From the NCBI GenBank assembly GCA_963735805.1, contig CAVTMK010000002.1, positions 512,001 through 576,000 on the forward strand: a DNA stretch of 64,000 nucleotides, in the 5' to 3' direction. Shown one piece after another: positions 39,924 through 50,498 of this stretch (positions are counted from its first letter, which is position 1; each line of letters starts with the position of its first letter). The stretch comes from an uncultured Verrucomicrobiae bacterium. Lineage in GTDB: Bacteria; Verrucomicrobiota; Verrucomicrobiia; Chthoniobacterales; UBA10450. A program made the position numbers and the translations under genes. Below the pieces are notes generated by a model. The model was not told the DNA's origin, ran no database searches, and saw only the letters and a program-made list of their open reading frames with translations.

Positions 39924-42062
39924 ATGGAGGTGATGCCTGCAGTTGCTACAGGTCCAATGATTCGGCGTGAGATCGGCGACGATCACGTTTGCCTGCTCAC
40001 TTTTGATCGCCCCGAATCCGGCGTGAACATCTTCGACGCAGCGACGCTCGATGAGTTGAATGAGCACCTCGATTTTGTTAAGAATGATGCCGGCTTGCGT
40101 GGCGTGATCATTGCGTCGGCGAAAAAATCTATTTTCGTAGCGGGCGCGGATTTAAAGACGCTGTTGGAACAGGCGCAAACCGGTGAGATGCGCGCGTTCA
40201 TTGCGCAGGGACAGAAGATCTTCAACCGGCTGGCAGAGTTGAAGATTCCGACTGTCGCGGCGATTCATGGTGCGTCCGCCGGCGGCGGCTACGAAGTCGC
40301 TCTGGCGTGCGATTATCGGATCGTTTCGGAGGATCCAGCGACACGGATAGGACTTCCTGAGACGACCCTCGGCCTGATTCCCGCGTGGGGCGGGTGTACC
40401 CGTCTGCCCCGGTTGATTGGTGTTGAAAAAGCGGCGGAGGTAATTGTAAACGGGAAACTTTATCCGGCGCAGGAAGCCCGTAGGCTGGGCTTGGTTGATG
40501 GAGTCGCGTCACGTGATAAACTTCTCGAGCTGGCCCGGAAGAAGTTGCGCGACGGAAAACGCAAATTGGAGGGGCAAGTTCCCGCGGGCCCGACGTCGCA
40601 GGAGATTCGCCCTCCAAAACAAACCGGAAACGAAGCACCGGAACGTGCCTTGGAAATCATCACCAAAACCCCATCGCTTTCATCCGATGAATCGTTGCGA
40701 ATGGAACTCGATGCCATTGTCGATCTTGGGAAGTCGGAATCGACTCAAAACTTGATTCGAAATTTTTTCCTGGCCGAAAAGTACAAGAAAGGAACTTCAA
40801 AGGAGGGCCAGCAGAAAGTACTGCACGCCGCGGTGATAGGCGCAGGCGTAATGGGCTCGGGAATCGCGCAATGGCTTAGCTCGCGCGGCGTAACGGTCAT
40901 TCTGCGTGATATTGCGCGTGAGCAGCTCGACCGCGGTCTCGCGAACATCGAGAAGACGTATGCAGATGCCGTAAAGCGCGGTTTAATGAGCGAGGAAAAA
41001 GCAAAAACAGGTCGCGCTCGGATTGTCGCTTCCACTGCGCCGATGGAATTGCGGGACGTCCAATTTGTCATTGAGGCCGCTTCGGAAAAATTTGAAGTAA
41101 AGAAGGAAATCTTTCGTGAGCTGGCGATGCAGGCAGGCCCGAAGACGATCGTCGCCACAAATACCTCCGCGCTTCCCGTCGGCAGGCTGGCTGATGCTAC
41201 CGTCTCGCCCGAGCACGTGATCGGTCTTCATTTCTTCAATCCGGTTAGTCGGATGAAACTGGTGGAAGTCGTTATTGCGAAACAAACCTCGGACGAGACG
41301 CGCGACCGGAGCCTGGCCTTTGTGCGACAAGTTGGAAAACTGCCGGTGATTGTGCACGACAGCCCCGGTTTTCTGGTCAACCGCGTTTTGTTTCCTTATT
41401 TGCTGGATGCTGCTGAATTGTTCGAAAGTGGTATGGAAGCCGAGAAAATCGACACAGCGCTTGTGAAATGGGGCATGCCGATGGGGCCGCTGCGATTGAT
41501 CGATGAAATCGGTGTCGATATTACCATCGATATTGGCAACACGTTGGAAAAGGCATACGGGCGGCGCGATCACGTTTCCGCCGCTCTGCTCTGGCTGCGC
41601 GATGGCAAGATGCTTGGCCGCAAAACGGGCGCCGGTTTTTACAAATATGAAGGTAAAGCGCAGACGCCTAACGAATCACTCGCACAATGGCGGCGCGCTC
41701 GGGTTGTAGCCGGGGGCGATGATCCTGGCGGGACCCACGGTACCGCAATAACCCGGCCGGCGTCACCGCCACCGGCTACAGCTGATGACTTGGCACACCG
41801 CTTGATCTTCTTGATGGTCAACGAAGCCGCCCGCTGTGTGGAAGAAAATGTCGTCGATTCACCCGAAGACGCCGACTACGGAATGATTTTGGGAACCGGT
41901 TTCGCGCCTTTCCGGGGCGGGCCGTTGCGGTTCGCGGAACATTTTGGAATAAGAAAAGTTGTCGATGACCTGGAACGGCTGGCGCAGACTGAAGAGAAAT
42001 TTTTGCCCTGCGAGATATTGAAGAAGCACGCTCGCGACGGAACAAAATTTTATGCAGATTGA
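39924..42062 (+). CDS. Fatty acid oxidation multifunctional enzyme (enoyl-CoA hydratase + 3-hydroxyacyl-CoA dehydrogenase, FadJ/FadB-like)
   Basis: FVAGADL, GGGYEVALACDYR, GLPE, VIGAGVMGSGIA, TNTSAL, GLHFFNPV, PMGPL. Confidence 0.93.
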   Translation: MEVMPAVATGPMIRREIGDDHVCLLTFDRPESGVNIFDAATLDELNEHLDFVKNDAGLRGVIIASAKKSIFVAGADLKTLLEQAQTGEMRAFIAQGQKIFNRLAELKIPTVAAIHGASAGGGYEVALACDYRIVSEDPATRIGLPETTLGLIPAWGGCTRLPRLIGVEKAAEVIVNGKLYPAQEARRLGLVDGVASRDKLLELARKKLRDGKRKLEGQVPAGPTSQEIRPPKQTGNEAPERALEIITKTPSLSSDESLRMELDAIVDLGKSESTQNLIRNFFLAEKYKKGTSKEGQQKVLHAAVIGAGVMGSGIAQWLSSRGVTVILRDIAREQLDRGLANIEKTYADAVKRGLMSEEKAKTGRARIVASTAPMELRDVQFVIEAASEKFEVKKEIFRELAMQAGPKTIVATNTSALPVGRLADATVSPEHVIGLHFFNPVSRMKLVEVVIAKQTSDETRDRSLAFVRQVGKLPVIVHDSPGFLVNRVLFPYLLDAAELFESGMEAEKIDTALVKWGMPMGPLRLIDEIGVDITIDIGNTLEKAYGRRDHVSAALLWLRDGKMLGRKTGAGFYKYEGKAQTPNESLAQWRRARVVAGGDDPGGTHGTAITRPASPPPATADDLAHRLIFLMVNEAARCVEENVVDSPEDADYGMILGTGFAPFRGGPLRFAEHFGIRKVVDDLERLAQTEEKFLPCEILKKHARDGTKFYAD
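40566..40617. repeat. Palindromic element in-frame inside fadJ-like gene (TTGGAGGG...CCCTCCAA)
   Basis: TTGGAGGGGCAAGTTCCCGCG ... CGCAGGAGATTCGCCCTCCAA; encodes LEGQVPAGPTSQEIRPP. Confidence 0.6.
41705..41780. repeat. Family B palindrome in-frame inside fadJ-like gene
   Basis: TGTAGCCGGGGGCGATGATCCTGGC ... GCCGGCGTCACCGCCACCGGCTACA, 76 bp; encodes VAGGDDPGGTHGTAITRPASPPPAT. Confidence 0.75.
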
Positions 42063-42114
42063 AACCCGCTTGAACTCAGAAATGCGTCGACTTCGATCGA
42101 TATGACAAATTGAT

Positions 42115-44043
42115 ATGAAAAGCCCCTTGGAAGCGCCGGAAAGACAAGTCGCTCAGGAAACCAGCGCGAAATCCGAAAAGCCGCTGCCCACGGCCATCGA
42201 CACGTCGAAGATGGCGAAGGGCCAGCGGGAAGCGCTCGAGTTGGCGGAAGCGGCGCGTGATCCGCTGGAGGACCGCGGCAGTTTCGCCAGCAACCTTTTT
42301 GTCGGTCGGTACGATTTCAATCGGATTTACCCATATCCCGCGCAGAGCACTGAAGATCGCGCGGCTGGCGATGGATTTTTGCAAAAACTGGAAAGTTATC
42401 TGCGCGAACATGTCGATCCGGACGAGATCGATCGCACCGGTGAAATTCCACCGGAAAATTTCAAAGGACTTTCTGAAATCGGAGCCTTTGGAATCAAGGT
42501 GCCGAAGAAGTATGGCGGACTCGGTTTGTCTCAATCTAATTACGGACGGGCCGCGGTTTTGATGGGGAGCTGGGATGGCAACGTGGCCGCTCTCGTTTCC
42601 GCGCATCAATCGATCGGAGTCGCGCAACCGCTGCTCCTGTTCGGCACAGAAGAGCAGAAACAAAAGTATCTGCCACGCGTTGCAGGCGGAGAAATCTCAG
42701 CGTTCGCATTGACGGAAACACATGCTGGCTCAGACCCGGCGACGATGAGCCTGCGGGCTGAGCCCAGCCCTGATGGCAGTGAATTCGTTCTAAATGGCGA
42801 AAAACTGTGGTGCACTAACGGCGTGAAAGCCGGGGTCCTCGTGGTGATGGCGCGCACGCCTTCCAAGATGGTCGGCGGGAAGGAGCGCAAGCAAATCACG
42901 GCATTCATTGTCGATGTCGACACACCGGGGCTGGAGATCATTTATCGCTGCCGCTTCATGGGATTGCGCGCGCTTTACAATGCGGTCGTGAAGTTCACGG
43001 ACGTGCGAGTGCCGTGCGAAAACATTATCTCCAAGGAAGGCGCCGGGCTTAGGGTCGCCCTGACAACGCTAAACACAGGGCGACTCACGTTGCCCGCGGC
43101 GTGCGTTGGCCTTTCCAAGCGGCTACTCGAAATCTCGCGAAAATGGGCAGGCGAACGGATCCAATGGGGGGTGCCGATTGGTAAACATGCCGCGATTGCT
43201 GGAAAGATCGCCGAGATGGCCGGCAACGTTTTCGCCATGGAAGCGATGACCTTTTTGACGTCGTCGCTGCTGGATCGGAAAGCGGGCGATCTGCGGATCG
43301 AAACGGCGATGTGCAAAATGTGGGCAACTGAAACGACCTGGAGGATTGCCGATGACGCGATGCAAGTGCGCGGCGGTCGCGGCTACGAAACTGCTCAATC
43401 GCTGGCTGGAAGAGGAGAGCCGCCGATTGCAGTGGAGAGATTTCTGCGGGATTGCCGGGTCAACACGATCTTCGAAGGCTCGAGTGAAATCATGCGGTTG
43501 TTCATTGCTCGCGAAGCGCTCGATCCGCACTTGAAAGTCGGCGGTGCGATTTTCAACACGCAGTTGCCGACGTCCGAGCGCGCGAAAGCCATTTTCAGTT
43601 CTGGAAAATTTTATGCCGGCTGGTATCCGCGCCAGTGGTTACTCAGCGGCGCGGGTAAGATCGACAATCTGCACGTCACTTTACAAGGACATGTGGATTA
43701 CGCTGCGCGCACAAGCAAAAGACTCGCGCGCGGTTTGTTTCATGCCATGGCACGGTTTGGGCCGAAACTCGACCGTGAGCAACTGCTGCTGTCGCGCTTT
43801 GTAGGAATTGCCACCGAGCTCTTTGCGATCAGCACGACCTGTTCTTACGCGCAATGGCTGCTTGGCCAGGGGAAACCGGCCGATGAAGTTCTCGCAGTGG
43901 CGGATTATTTCTCTCGTTCTGCGAAGACACGAATCGATCATCATTTCGCCGGCACGATGCGCAACGTGGACAAACGTGGTTACGCGTTGGTCCAAGATTT
44001 GTTAGCAGGAAAACACGAGCTCCTGCGTGACGGGATTGTGTAG
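42115..44043 (+). CDS. Acyl-CoA dehydrogenase (long, VLCAD/FadE-like)
   Basis: AFALTETHAGSD, LNGEKLWCTNG, LNTGR, QVRGGRGY, IFEGSSEI. Confidence 0.92.
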   Translation: MKSPLEAPERQVAQETSAKSEKPLPTAIDTSKMAKGQREALELAEAARDPLEDRGSFASNLFVGRYDFNRIYPYPAQSTEDRAAGDGFLQKLESYLREHVDPDEIDRTGEIPPENFKGLSEIGAFGIKVPKKYGGLGLSQSNYGRAAVLMGSWDGNVAALVSAHQSIGVAQPLLLFGTEEQKQKYLPRVAGGEISAFALTETHAGSDPATMSLRAEPSPDGSEFVLNGEKLWCTNGVKAGVLVVMARTPSKMVGGKERKQITAFIVDVDTPGLEIIYRCRFMGLRALYNAVVKFTDVRVPCENIISKEGAGLRVALTTLNTGRLTLPAACVGLSKRLLEISRKWAGERIQWGVPIGKHAAIAGKIAEMAGNVFAMEAMTFLTSSLLDRKAGDLRIETAMCKMWATETTWRIADDAMQVRGGRGYETAQSLAGRGEPPIAVERFLRDCRVNTIFEGSSEIMRLFIAREALDPHLKVGGAIFNTQLPTSERAKAIFSSGKFYAGWYPRQWLLSGAGKIDNLHVTLQGHVDYAARTSKRLARGLFHAMARFGPKLDREQLLLSRFVGIATELFAISTTCSYAQWLLGQGKPADEVLAVADYFSRSAKTRIDHHFAGTMRNVDKRGYALVQDLLAGKHELLRDGIV

Positions 44044-44147
44044 TTACGCGCGTTTCGCGCATGCGTTGCGGAAGGGCTTCCGGCACCAGGGACGGCTATT
44101 CCAGATGCAGCCTTGATTCTTGTGCGCATTTTTGTTTGGATCGACGT

Positions 44148-44861
44148 GTGCCTGTTGACGAGGACGAGGCCTCGGAAAGTCGATCTGGATTAAGTTCGCC
44201 ACGGGAAATCCATCCGGAGGCGGACGCACCAAACAACTCAATTACGTTTACAACGACGCATTGGAGCGTGGTGCTGGAAGCGCAAGGTCAATCACCTGCA
44301 GCGCAAGAGGCATTGGAAAAGCTGTGCCGCACTTACTGGCGACCTGTGTATGGTTTCATCAGGAGACAAGGTCGTCGTCCTGAAGAGGCGGAAGACCTTA
44401 CGCAAGGGTTCTTTTCCCTGCTGTTAGAGCGGCGCGATTTCGATGCTGTCCGCAAGGAGAAAGGACGCCTGCGTTCTTATCTTCTCACCTCGCTGAAACA
44501 TTTCATCACCAGCGAGCAGCGCCGTGCGATGACATTGAAACGAGGCAAAGGACAACAGCTGATCCCGCTGGAAGAATTGAGGACAAATGAGCGATTCGAG
44601 ATGGAACCAGCAGATCCTCTCAGCGCTGACCGCCTGTATGAACGCCGCTGGGCGTTGACGCTGATGGAGCAGGTCCTGCGACGATTGAAGGACGAATACT
44701 GCACGAGCGACCATGCCGCGCTATTCGATGCACTAAAACAATTGCTTCCAGACGAACCGGGAGCACAGTCACGGACGGAGATCGCATTACAGTTGGGCAT
44801 GACGGACAATGCACTTCGGCAAGCCTACCATCGGTTTCGTCACCGTTATCAACTCCGATGA
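44148..44861 (+). CDS. ECF sigma-70 factor, probably C-terminally truncated
   Basis: FTTTHWSVV, LEKLCRTYWRPVY, AEDLTQGFF, KGRLRSYL, IALQLGMTDNALRQAYHRFRHRY then stop; start uncertain (44061 or 44148). Confidence 0.8.
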   Translation: MPVDEDEASESRSGLSSPREIHPEADAPNNSITFTTTHWSVVLEAQGQSPAAQEALEKLCRTYWRPVYGFIRRQGRRPEEAEDLTQGFFSLLLERRDFDAVRKEKGRLRSYLLTSLKHFITSEQRRAMTLKRGKGQQLIPLEELRTNERFEMEPADPLSADRLYERRWALTLMEQVLRRLKDEYCTSDHAALFDALKQLLPDEPGAQSRTEIALQLGMTDNALRQAYHRFRHRYQLR

Positions 44862-44966
44862 CCTACATCCTGCGACTTAACGCCCTAACGACCTAAGGCG
44901 TCGAAGCCACTTTCTGCGTAACAAGACGGAACATTTCGCACAGTACACCAGCGAACGGGCTGGAAC

Positions 44967-44989
44967 TGACTTCTCACGGTGAGAAGTCA
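44967..44989. promoter_or_regulatory. Perfect 11-bp inverted repeat (possible operator)
   Basis: TGACTTCTCAC-G-GTGAGAAGTCA just upstream of an SD-like AAGGA. Confidence 0.45.
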
Positions 44990-45022
44990 ACGAAGCCCAA
45001 AATAACAAAAGGAAAATCAAAT

Positions 45023-45541
45023 ACGAAAAATCAGAGCAGTCAGTATAAAACCACAATTGCAGCGGTTCTCATCGCGCTGGCATTTGCTTGCCCGTCTTTG
45101 TCGACGGCGCAAGAACAACAAAACAGCGACGAGGACGGCGCCGCGATTGTCGGCTTATGGCACGAGAATTATGTCAGTGACTTCGGTCCGCCATTTGAAA
45201 CCTACACGCAATGGCACAGCGATGGCCTTAAAATCGAAACCCCCAACTTTTTGAATGGGGTATGTGTGGGAACGTTTAAACACACGCGGGCCAGGACATT
45301 TAAGCTTTTCCACGTGGGATGGACACCGGGTGGTATCCCACCTGCTCCTACGGCCGTACGCTTCGAGTTGAGGGAACTGAATACGGTCGACCGTGATCAT
45401 AATAGCTTCGCTGGCACATATGATCAGAAATTCTTCGACGCTAATGGAAACGTCGTAGCCGAAGATACCGGGACGATCAATGCAACGCGCCTTACTGCCG
45501 ATCTATTCGCAGATCAATCGGGCGCCGCCGCGATCAAATAA
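45023..45541 (+). CDS. Secreted beta-rich hypothetical protein with ACG in place of the start codon
   Basis: AAGGA at 45009-45013, then ACG-AAA-AAT... giving signal-like KTTIAAVLIALAFACPSLSTAQ in frame with ORF 45098-45541. Confidence 0.6.
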   Translation, partial: TKNQSSQYKTTIAAVLIALAFACPSLSTAQEQQNSDEDGAAIVGLWHENYVSDFGPPFETYTQWHSDGLKIETPNFLNGVCVGTFKHTRARTFKLFHVGWTPGGIPPAPTAVRFELRELNTVDRDHNSFAGTYDQKFFDANGNVVAEDTGTINATRLTADLFADQSGAAAIK

Positions 45542-45548
45542 TTCATAA

Positions 45549-45592
45549 GAGAGCCTCTTCGGTCGTGACGAAACCGCGCCGGAGAGGCTCTC
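45549..45592 (+). terminator. Stem-loop after the secreted-protein gene
   Basis: GAGAGCCTCTTCGG ... CCGGAGAGGCTCTC, 8 nt after the stop; no clear U-tract. Confidence 0.45.
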
Positions 45593-45713
45593 GATGAGTC
45601 GACCACTCTCGCTAGTCTTCTTGCAGTCACGTCATCGGTCGCCTCAATCTACGACCCAGCTGAAATACGAGCACGTCGGTTGACCAACCAGTACGTCACG
45701 GCTAATCTCAACA

Positions 45714-47099
45714 ATGAGTATGCCGCCCGTGCTCACGGAGGCGGCTTCATCTCGAAGCCCCACCACAAAGAGCGACAAACAAAAAGCAATATCACCGTCG
45801 AAGGTTCTCGAAGAAATCGAGCAACATGTCTTGCTCGATGGTTTCAAGATCGTTATCGATCTCGACAGAAGTCGCGGCTCCTATTTATACAACGCCGTCA
45901 CCAATAAACCGCTCATTGATTTCTACGGATTCTTCGGCTCGATGCCGGTTGGATTTAATCATCCGCACTTTGATGATCCTGCAGTGCAGCGCGATCTTCT
46001 TCGCGCCGCGAAAGTCAAAATCGCCAACTCGGATGTTTATTCGCAGGGATATGCGGAGTTTGTGGAAACCTTCGAGCGCGTAGTCGGGTTACCGCCGCTG
46101 GAGCGCTATCTTTTCATCGAGGGAGGCGCGATGGCAGTCGAGAATTGTCTGAAGGCGGCGATGGATTGGAAAGTGCGCAAGAACATGGCGGCGGGCCGTG
46201 GCGAACGCGGCACTCAGGTTTTGCATTTCCGCCGCGCTTTTCACGGCCGCAGCGGCTACACCATGAGCCTCACGAATACCGATCCGCGCAAGACGGATTT
46301 GTTTGCGAAATTCGATTGGCCGCGCGTTTCGTGTCCACACATCGATTTTTCGCTGCCGGAATCGAAGCGCGAAGCCGATGTCATTGGGCGCGAAGAGAAA
46401 GCCGAGCGCGAAATCCGCGACTTCATCGAGCAGCGCAACATCGACATCTGCGCCATCATCATCGAGCCGATCCAGGGCGAAGGCGGCGACAACCATTTCC
46501 GCGGTGAATGGCTGCAGAAGCTGCGAAAGATTTGCGACGAAAACGATATTCTTCTCATCTTCGATGAAGTGCAGTGCGGCATGGGCGCGACGGGTCGCAA
46601 CTGGTGCTGCGAACATTTTAATGTGGTGCCCGATCTCATGGCGTTTGGAAAAAAGGCGCAGGTATGCGGGGTGATGGCAGGGCCGCGTATCGATGAAGTG
46701 AAAGACAACGCGTTTCGCCTGTCCAGCCGGCTGAATTCTACCTGGGGCGGCAATTTCACGGACATGGTGCGTTCGACCCATTTTCTGCGCATCATTGAAA
46801 AGGAACACCTGGTGGAGAACGCTGGAAAGGTCGGGGGATATTTCCTGGATCAACTACGTGTCCTCCAAGGAGAAGAGCCGCTGATTTCCGCCGCGCGCGG
46901 CCGGGGATTGTTCCTTGCTTTTGATCTTCCAGACGGAAAAACGCGCGAGGAATTTTGGAAAGGCTTTTTCGATCTGGGCGTGCTTACGCTTCGGTCAGGC
47001 GAGAATTCGGTCCGTTTCCGTCCGCCTCTCGACATTACACCCGAGGTGATTGATGAGGCGATGGATGCAATGCGGAAATATTGTCAAAAACGAAAATGA
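45714..47099 (+). CDS. lat: L-lysine 6-transaminase (class III PLP)
   Basis: KIANSDVYS, FIEGGAMAVENCLKAAMDWK, AFHGRSGYTMSLTNT, EPIQGEGGD, DEVQ, FGKKAQVCG, STWGG. Confidence 0.9.
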   Translation: MSMPPVLTEAASSRSPTTKSDKQKAISPSKVLEEIEQHVLLDGFKIVIDLDRSRGSYLYNAVTNKPLIDFYGFFGSMPVGFNHPHFDDPAVQRDLLRAAKVKIANSDVYSQGYAEFVETFERVVGLPPLERYLFIEGGAMAVENCLKAAMDWKVRKNMAAGRGERGTQVLHFRRAFHGRSGYTMSLTNTDPRKTDLFAKFDWPRVSCPHIDFSLPESKREADVIGREEKAEREIRDFIEQRNIDICAIIIEPIQGEGGDNHFRGEWLQKLRKICDENDILLIFDEVQCGMGATGRNWCCEHFNVVPDLMAFGKKAQVCGVMAGPRIDEVKDNAFRLSSRLNSTWGGNFTDMVRSTHFLRIIEKEHLVENAGKVGGYFLDQLRVLQGEEPLISAARGRGLFLAFDLPDGKTREEFWKGFFDLGVLTLRSGENSVRFRPPLDITPEVIDEAMDAMRKYCQKRK

Positions 47100-47125
47100 G
47101 GCCTAACGAAACCATAGTCGTTTGC

Positions 47126-47178
47126 TGGAGCCGCAGTCGTTAACCGCAGGGGAGCCGCAGCCGACGGCAGCGGCTACA
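47126..47178. repeat. Short family B palindrome, intergenic
   Basis: TGGAGCCGCAGTCGTT ... GCCGACGGCAGCGGCTACA. Confidence 0.55.
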
Positions 47179-47191
47179 ACAATCGTTCATT

Positions 47192-48727
<1,536 letters not shown>

Positions 48728-48780
48728 TCCCATCTCGAAGGCGACGCGGCCGCCGCCGCTTTCAGTGGCGCGTGTGTTAG

Positions 48781-50286
48781 TCAGCGCGCAATCGTCAGTT
48801 CCAGAAGCTCATCAACCTTTTTCGCGCTGTCGATGTTCATGATGCAGTGCCGCAGTTTTTCGCATTGATCTTTGCCAATGACGTCGCCGCCGAGCGCGTT
48901 GAATTTGACCGCGATTTCTTCCTCGGTCATAGGATCGCGCGGATCGCCTTTGGGCACATCGACTCGCGTTGAGTGTGATTTGCCGTCGTTGGTGGTGATG
49001 GTTACGCGGCTCGGTTGAAACTTGGGGAAAAGCGCTTCGAACTCTTCATTCGCGACCACTTTTATTTTGTCCATGATTGGAATCAGCGATTTATCGAGAA
49101 CACGCTCTTCTTTGAACTGCAGCGGCGTCACCATTCCGTCCACCAGCCCGACAGCCATGCAATAGGGCAGAGAATGATCGGCGGTTTCCTTCGAGTCGGG
49201 TCGATATTTGTGCGGATCGCCAAGAATATCTGCGGCGCGCGCGATTACTTCGACTTTGATTTCCCTAACGTCGTCGGCTTTGATCTTGTTTTCCTTAACC
49301 GTCTTCATCATGGCCGTGAGCGGCGCGTGACTTAGAGCTTCAATGGGAAAACTCTTCATCCCGCAATCCAGGATGCGGTAGTGCGATTTCGGTGATGTCG
49401 GCAAATCCTTGACCAACCCTTCGCCGTCGAAACTTGCCGGTTGTCCCTTGTATTGAACGTGACTGAACACAGCAAACAAGCCTTCCTTTCCATCGATGAT
49501 GTGCTCAGGTCCGGAGAATCCTTCGCGCGCAAGCAGTGCGCTTTCGGCGCCCATTCGTCCGGCCCACGGATCGACTGTGTTCTTCATGTTGGTCAATTTG
49601 CCGGCCGTGACCGCGCCCGGGCAAAACGTTCGCGAGGCGCTGATGCCGATCGCCGACACCATTTGTTCCGTTGTGAGATCCAATACGCGGCCCGCTGCCA
49701 CCGGCGCAGCGAAGGCGCTCAACGTAGCATGATGCCAGCCATATTCGCGCACGCCTGGCCGCCCGATTTCGCAGAGACGCATTTCGATTTCGTAGGCAAT
49801 AATGGTCGCGAGAATTAAATCTTTTCCGCTCAGACCTTCGCTTTCACAGAGCGCGAGAGGGGCCGCGATGAGATCGCTCGGATGGCATGGATCGGCTTTC
49901 CAGTAGATGTCGTTGTAATCCATGGCCCGCATCATGTGGCCATTCAAAAACGCTGCATCGACCGGGTTGGTCTTGAAGCCGGATACAAACGCAGTGGCTT
50001 TACCGCCGCCCTGACCCTCTGAGCGGTCGTGTTTCTTTGTCATTCCGAGCGAAGTGGAGGAATCTCTCGAACCCGTCTTTTCACCTGCCATCGCGCGGTG
50101 ATGCTTTAGTAAGATTTTGGCGTCCTCTTGTTGGCTCCCTCCGAGAGCGCACCCGATGGAGTCGAACCAGAACAATTTCGCTGCCTGGATCGCCTCCGGT
50201 GAAAGATCTTCGTATTTTAGTCTGCAGGCCCACTCAGCGATGACGTGTGACAGCAGACGTTTCGATTCGGTTCTTTGCTGTGCCAT
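48781..50286 (-). CDS. MmgE/PrpD family protein
   Basis: DSIGCALGG, RAMDYND, CHPSD, ETADHSLPY, PKGDPRDPM. Confidence 0.9.
   Translation of the reverse strand: MAQQRTESKRLLSHVIAEWACRLKYEDLSPEAIQAAKLFWFDSIGCALGGSQQEDAKILLKHHRAMAGEKTGSRDSSTSLGMTKKHDRSEGQGGGKATAFVSGFKTNPVDAAFLNGHMMRAMDYNDIYWKADPCHPSDLIAAPLALCESEGLSGKDLILATIIAYEIEMRLCEIGRPGVREYGWHHATLSAFAAPVAAGRVLDLTTEQMVSAIGISASRTFCPGAVTAGKLTNMKNTVDPWAGRMGAESALLAREGFSGPEHIIDGKEGLFAVFSHVQYKGQPASFDGEGLVKDLPTSPKSHYRILDCGMKSFPIEALSHAPLTAMMKTVKENKIKADDVREIKVEVIARAADILGDPHKYRPDSKETADHSLPYCMAVGLVDGMVTPLQFKEERVLDKSLIPIMDKIKVVANEEFEALFPKFQPSRVTITTNDGKSHSTRVDVPKGDPRDPMTEEEIAVKFNALGGDVIGKDQCEKLRHCIMNIDSAKKVDELLELTIAR
50038..50068. repeat. Family A REP arm in-frame inside the MmgE/PrpD gene
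   Basis: TGTCATTCCGAGCGAAGTGGAGGAATCTCTC matches the reverse complement of intergenic 14663-14693 at 28/31 nt; encodes RDSSTSLGMT. Confidence 0.8.
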
Positions 50287-50498
50287 GACATGTCGATCTT
50301 GATTGGGTCGCGCACATTTTCAAGCCGCTTCTCGCCACTAACAACAGCGGACCGATGATGTTTCTCGTCCGGTCGCCGGAGGTGAATGCGGAGTGATCAC
50401 ATTTTCCGCTAGGCGTGGGCCAAATTGTGGGCCAAAATCCGGATGCCAAAGGCTTCCGTTTCCTGCTCTTGTCGGTGAGTTATGGCCAAAACGCCACT

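Noticed and set aside
45560..45605. Hammerhead-ribozyme-like words GACGAAAC and GATGAGTC
   Set aside because: Core CUGAnGA reads CTCGATGA and no UH cleavage triplet follows the putative stem III; a simple hairpin explains the region
47100..47107. GCCTAAC attC-like R'' box after lat
   Set aside because: No matching L boxes or GTTRRRY at a suitable position; flanking genes are metabolic operon members
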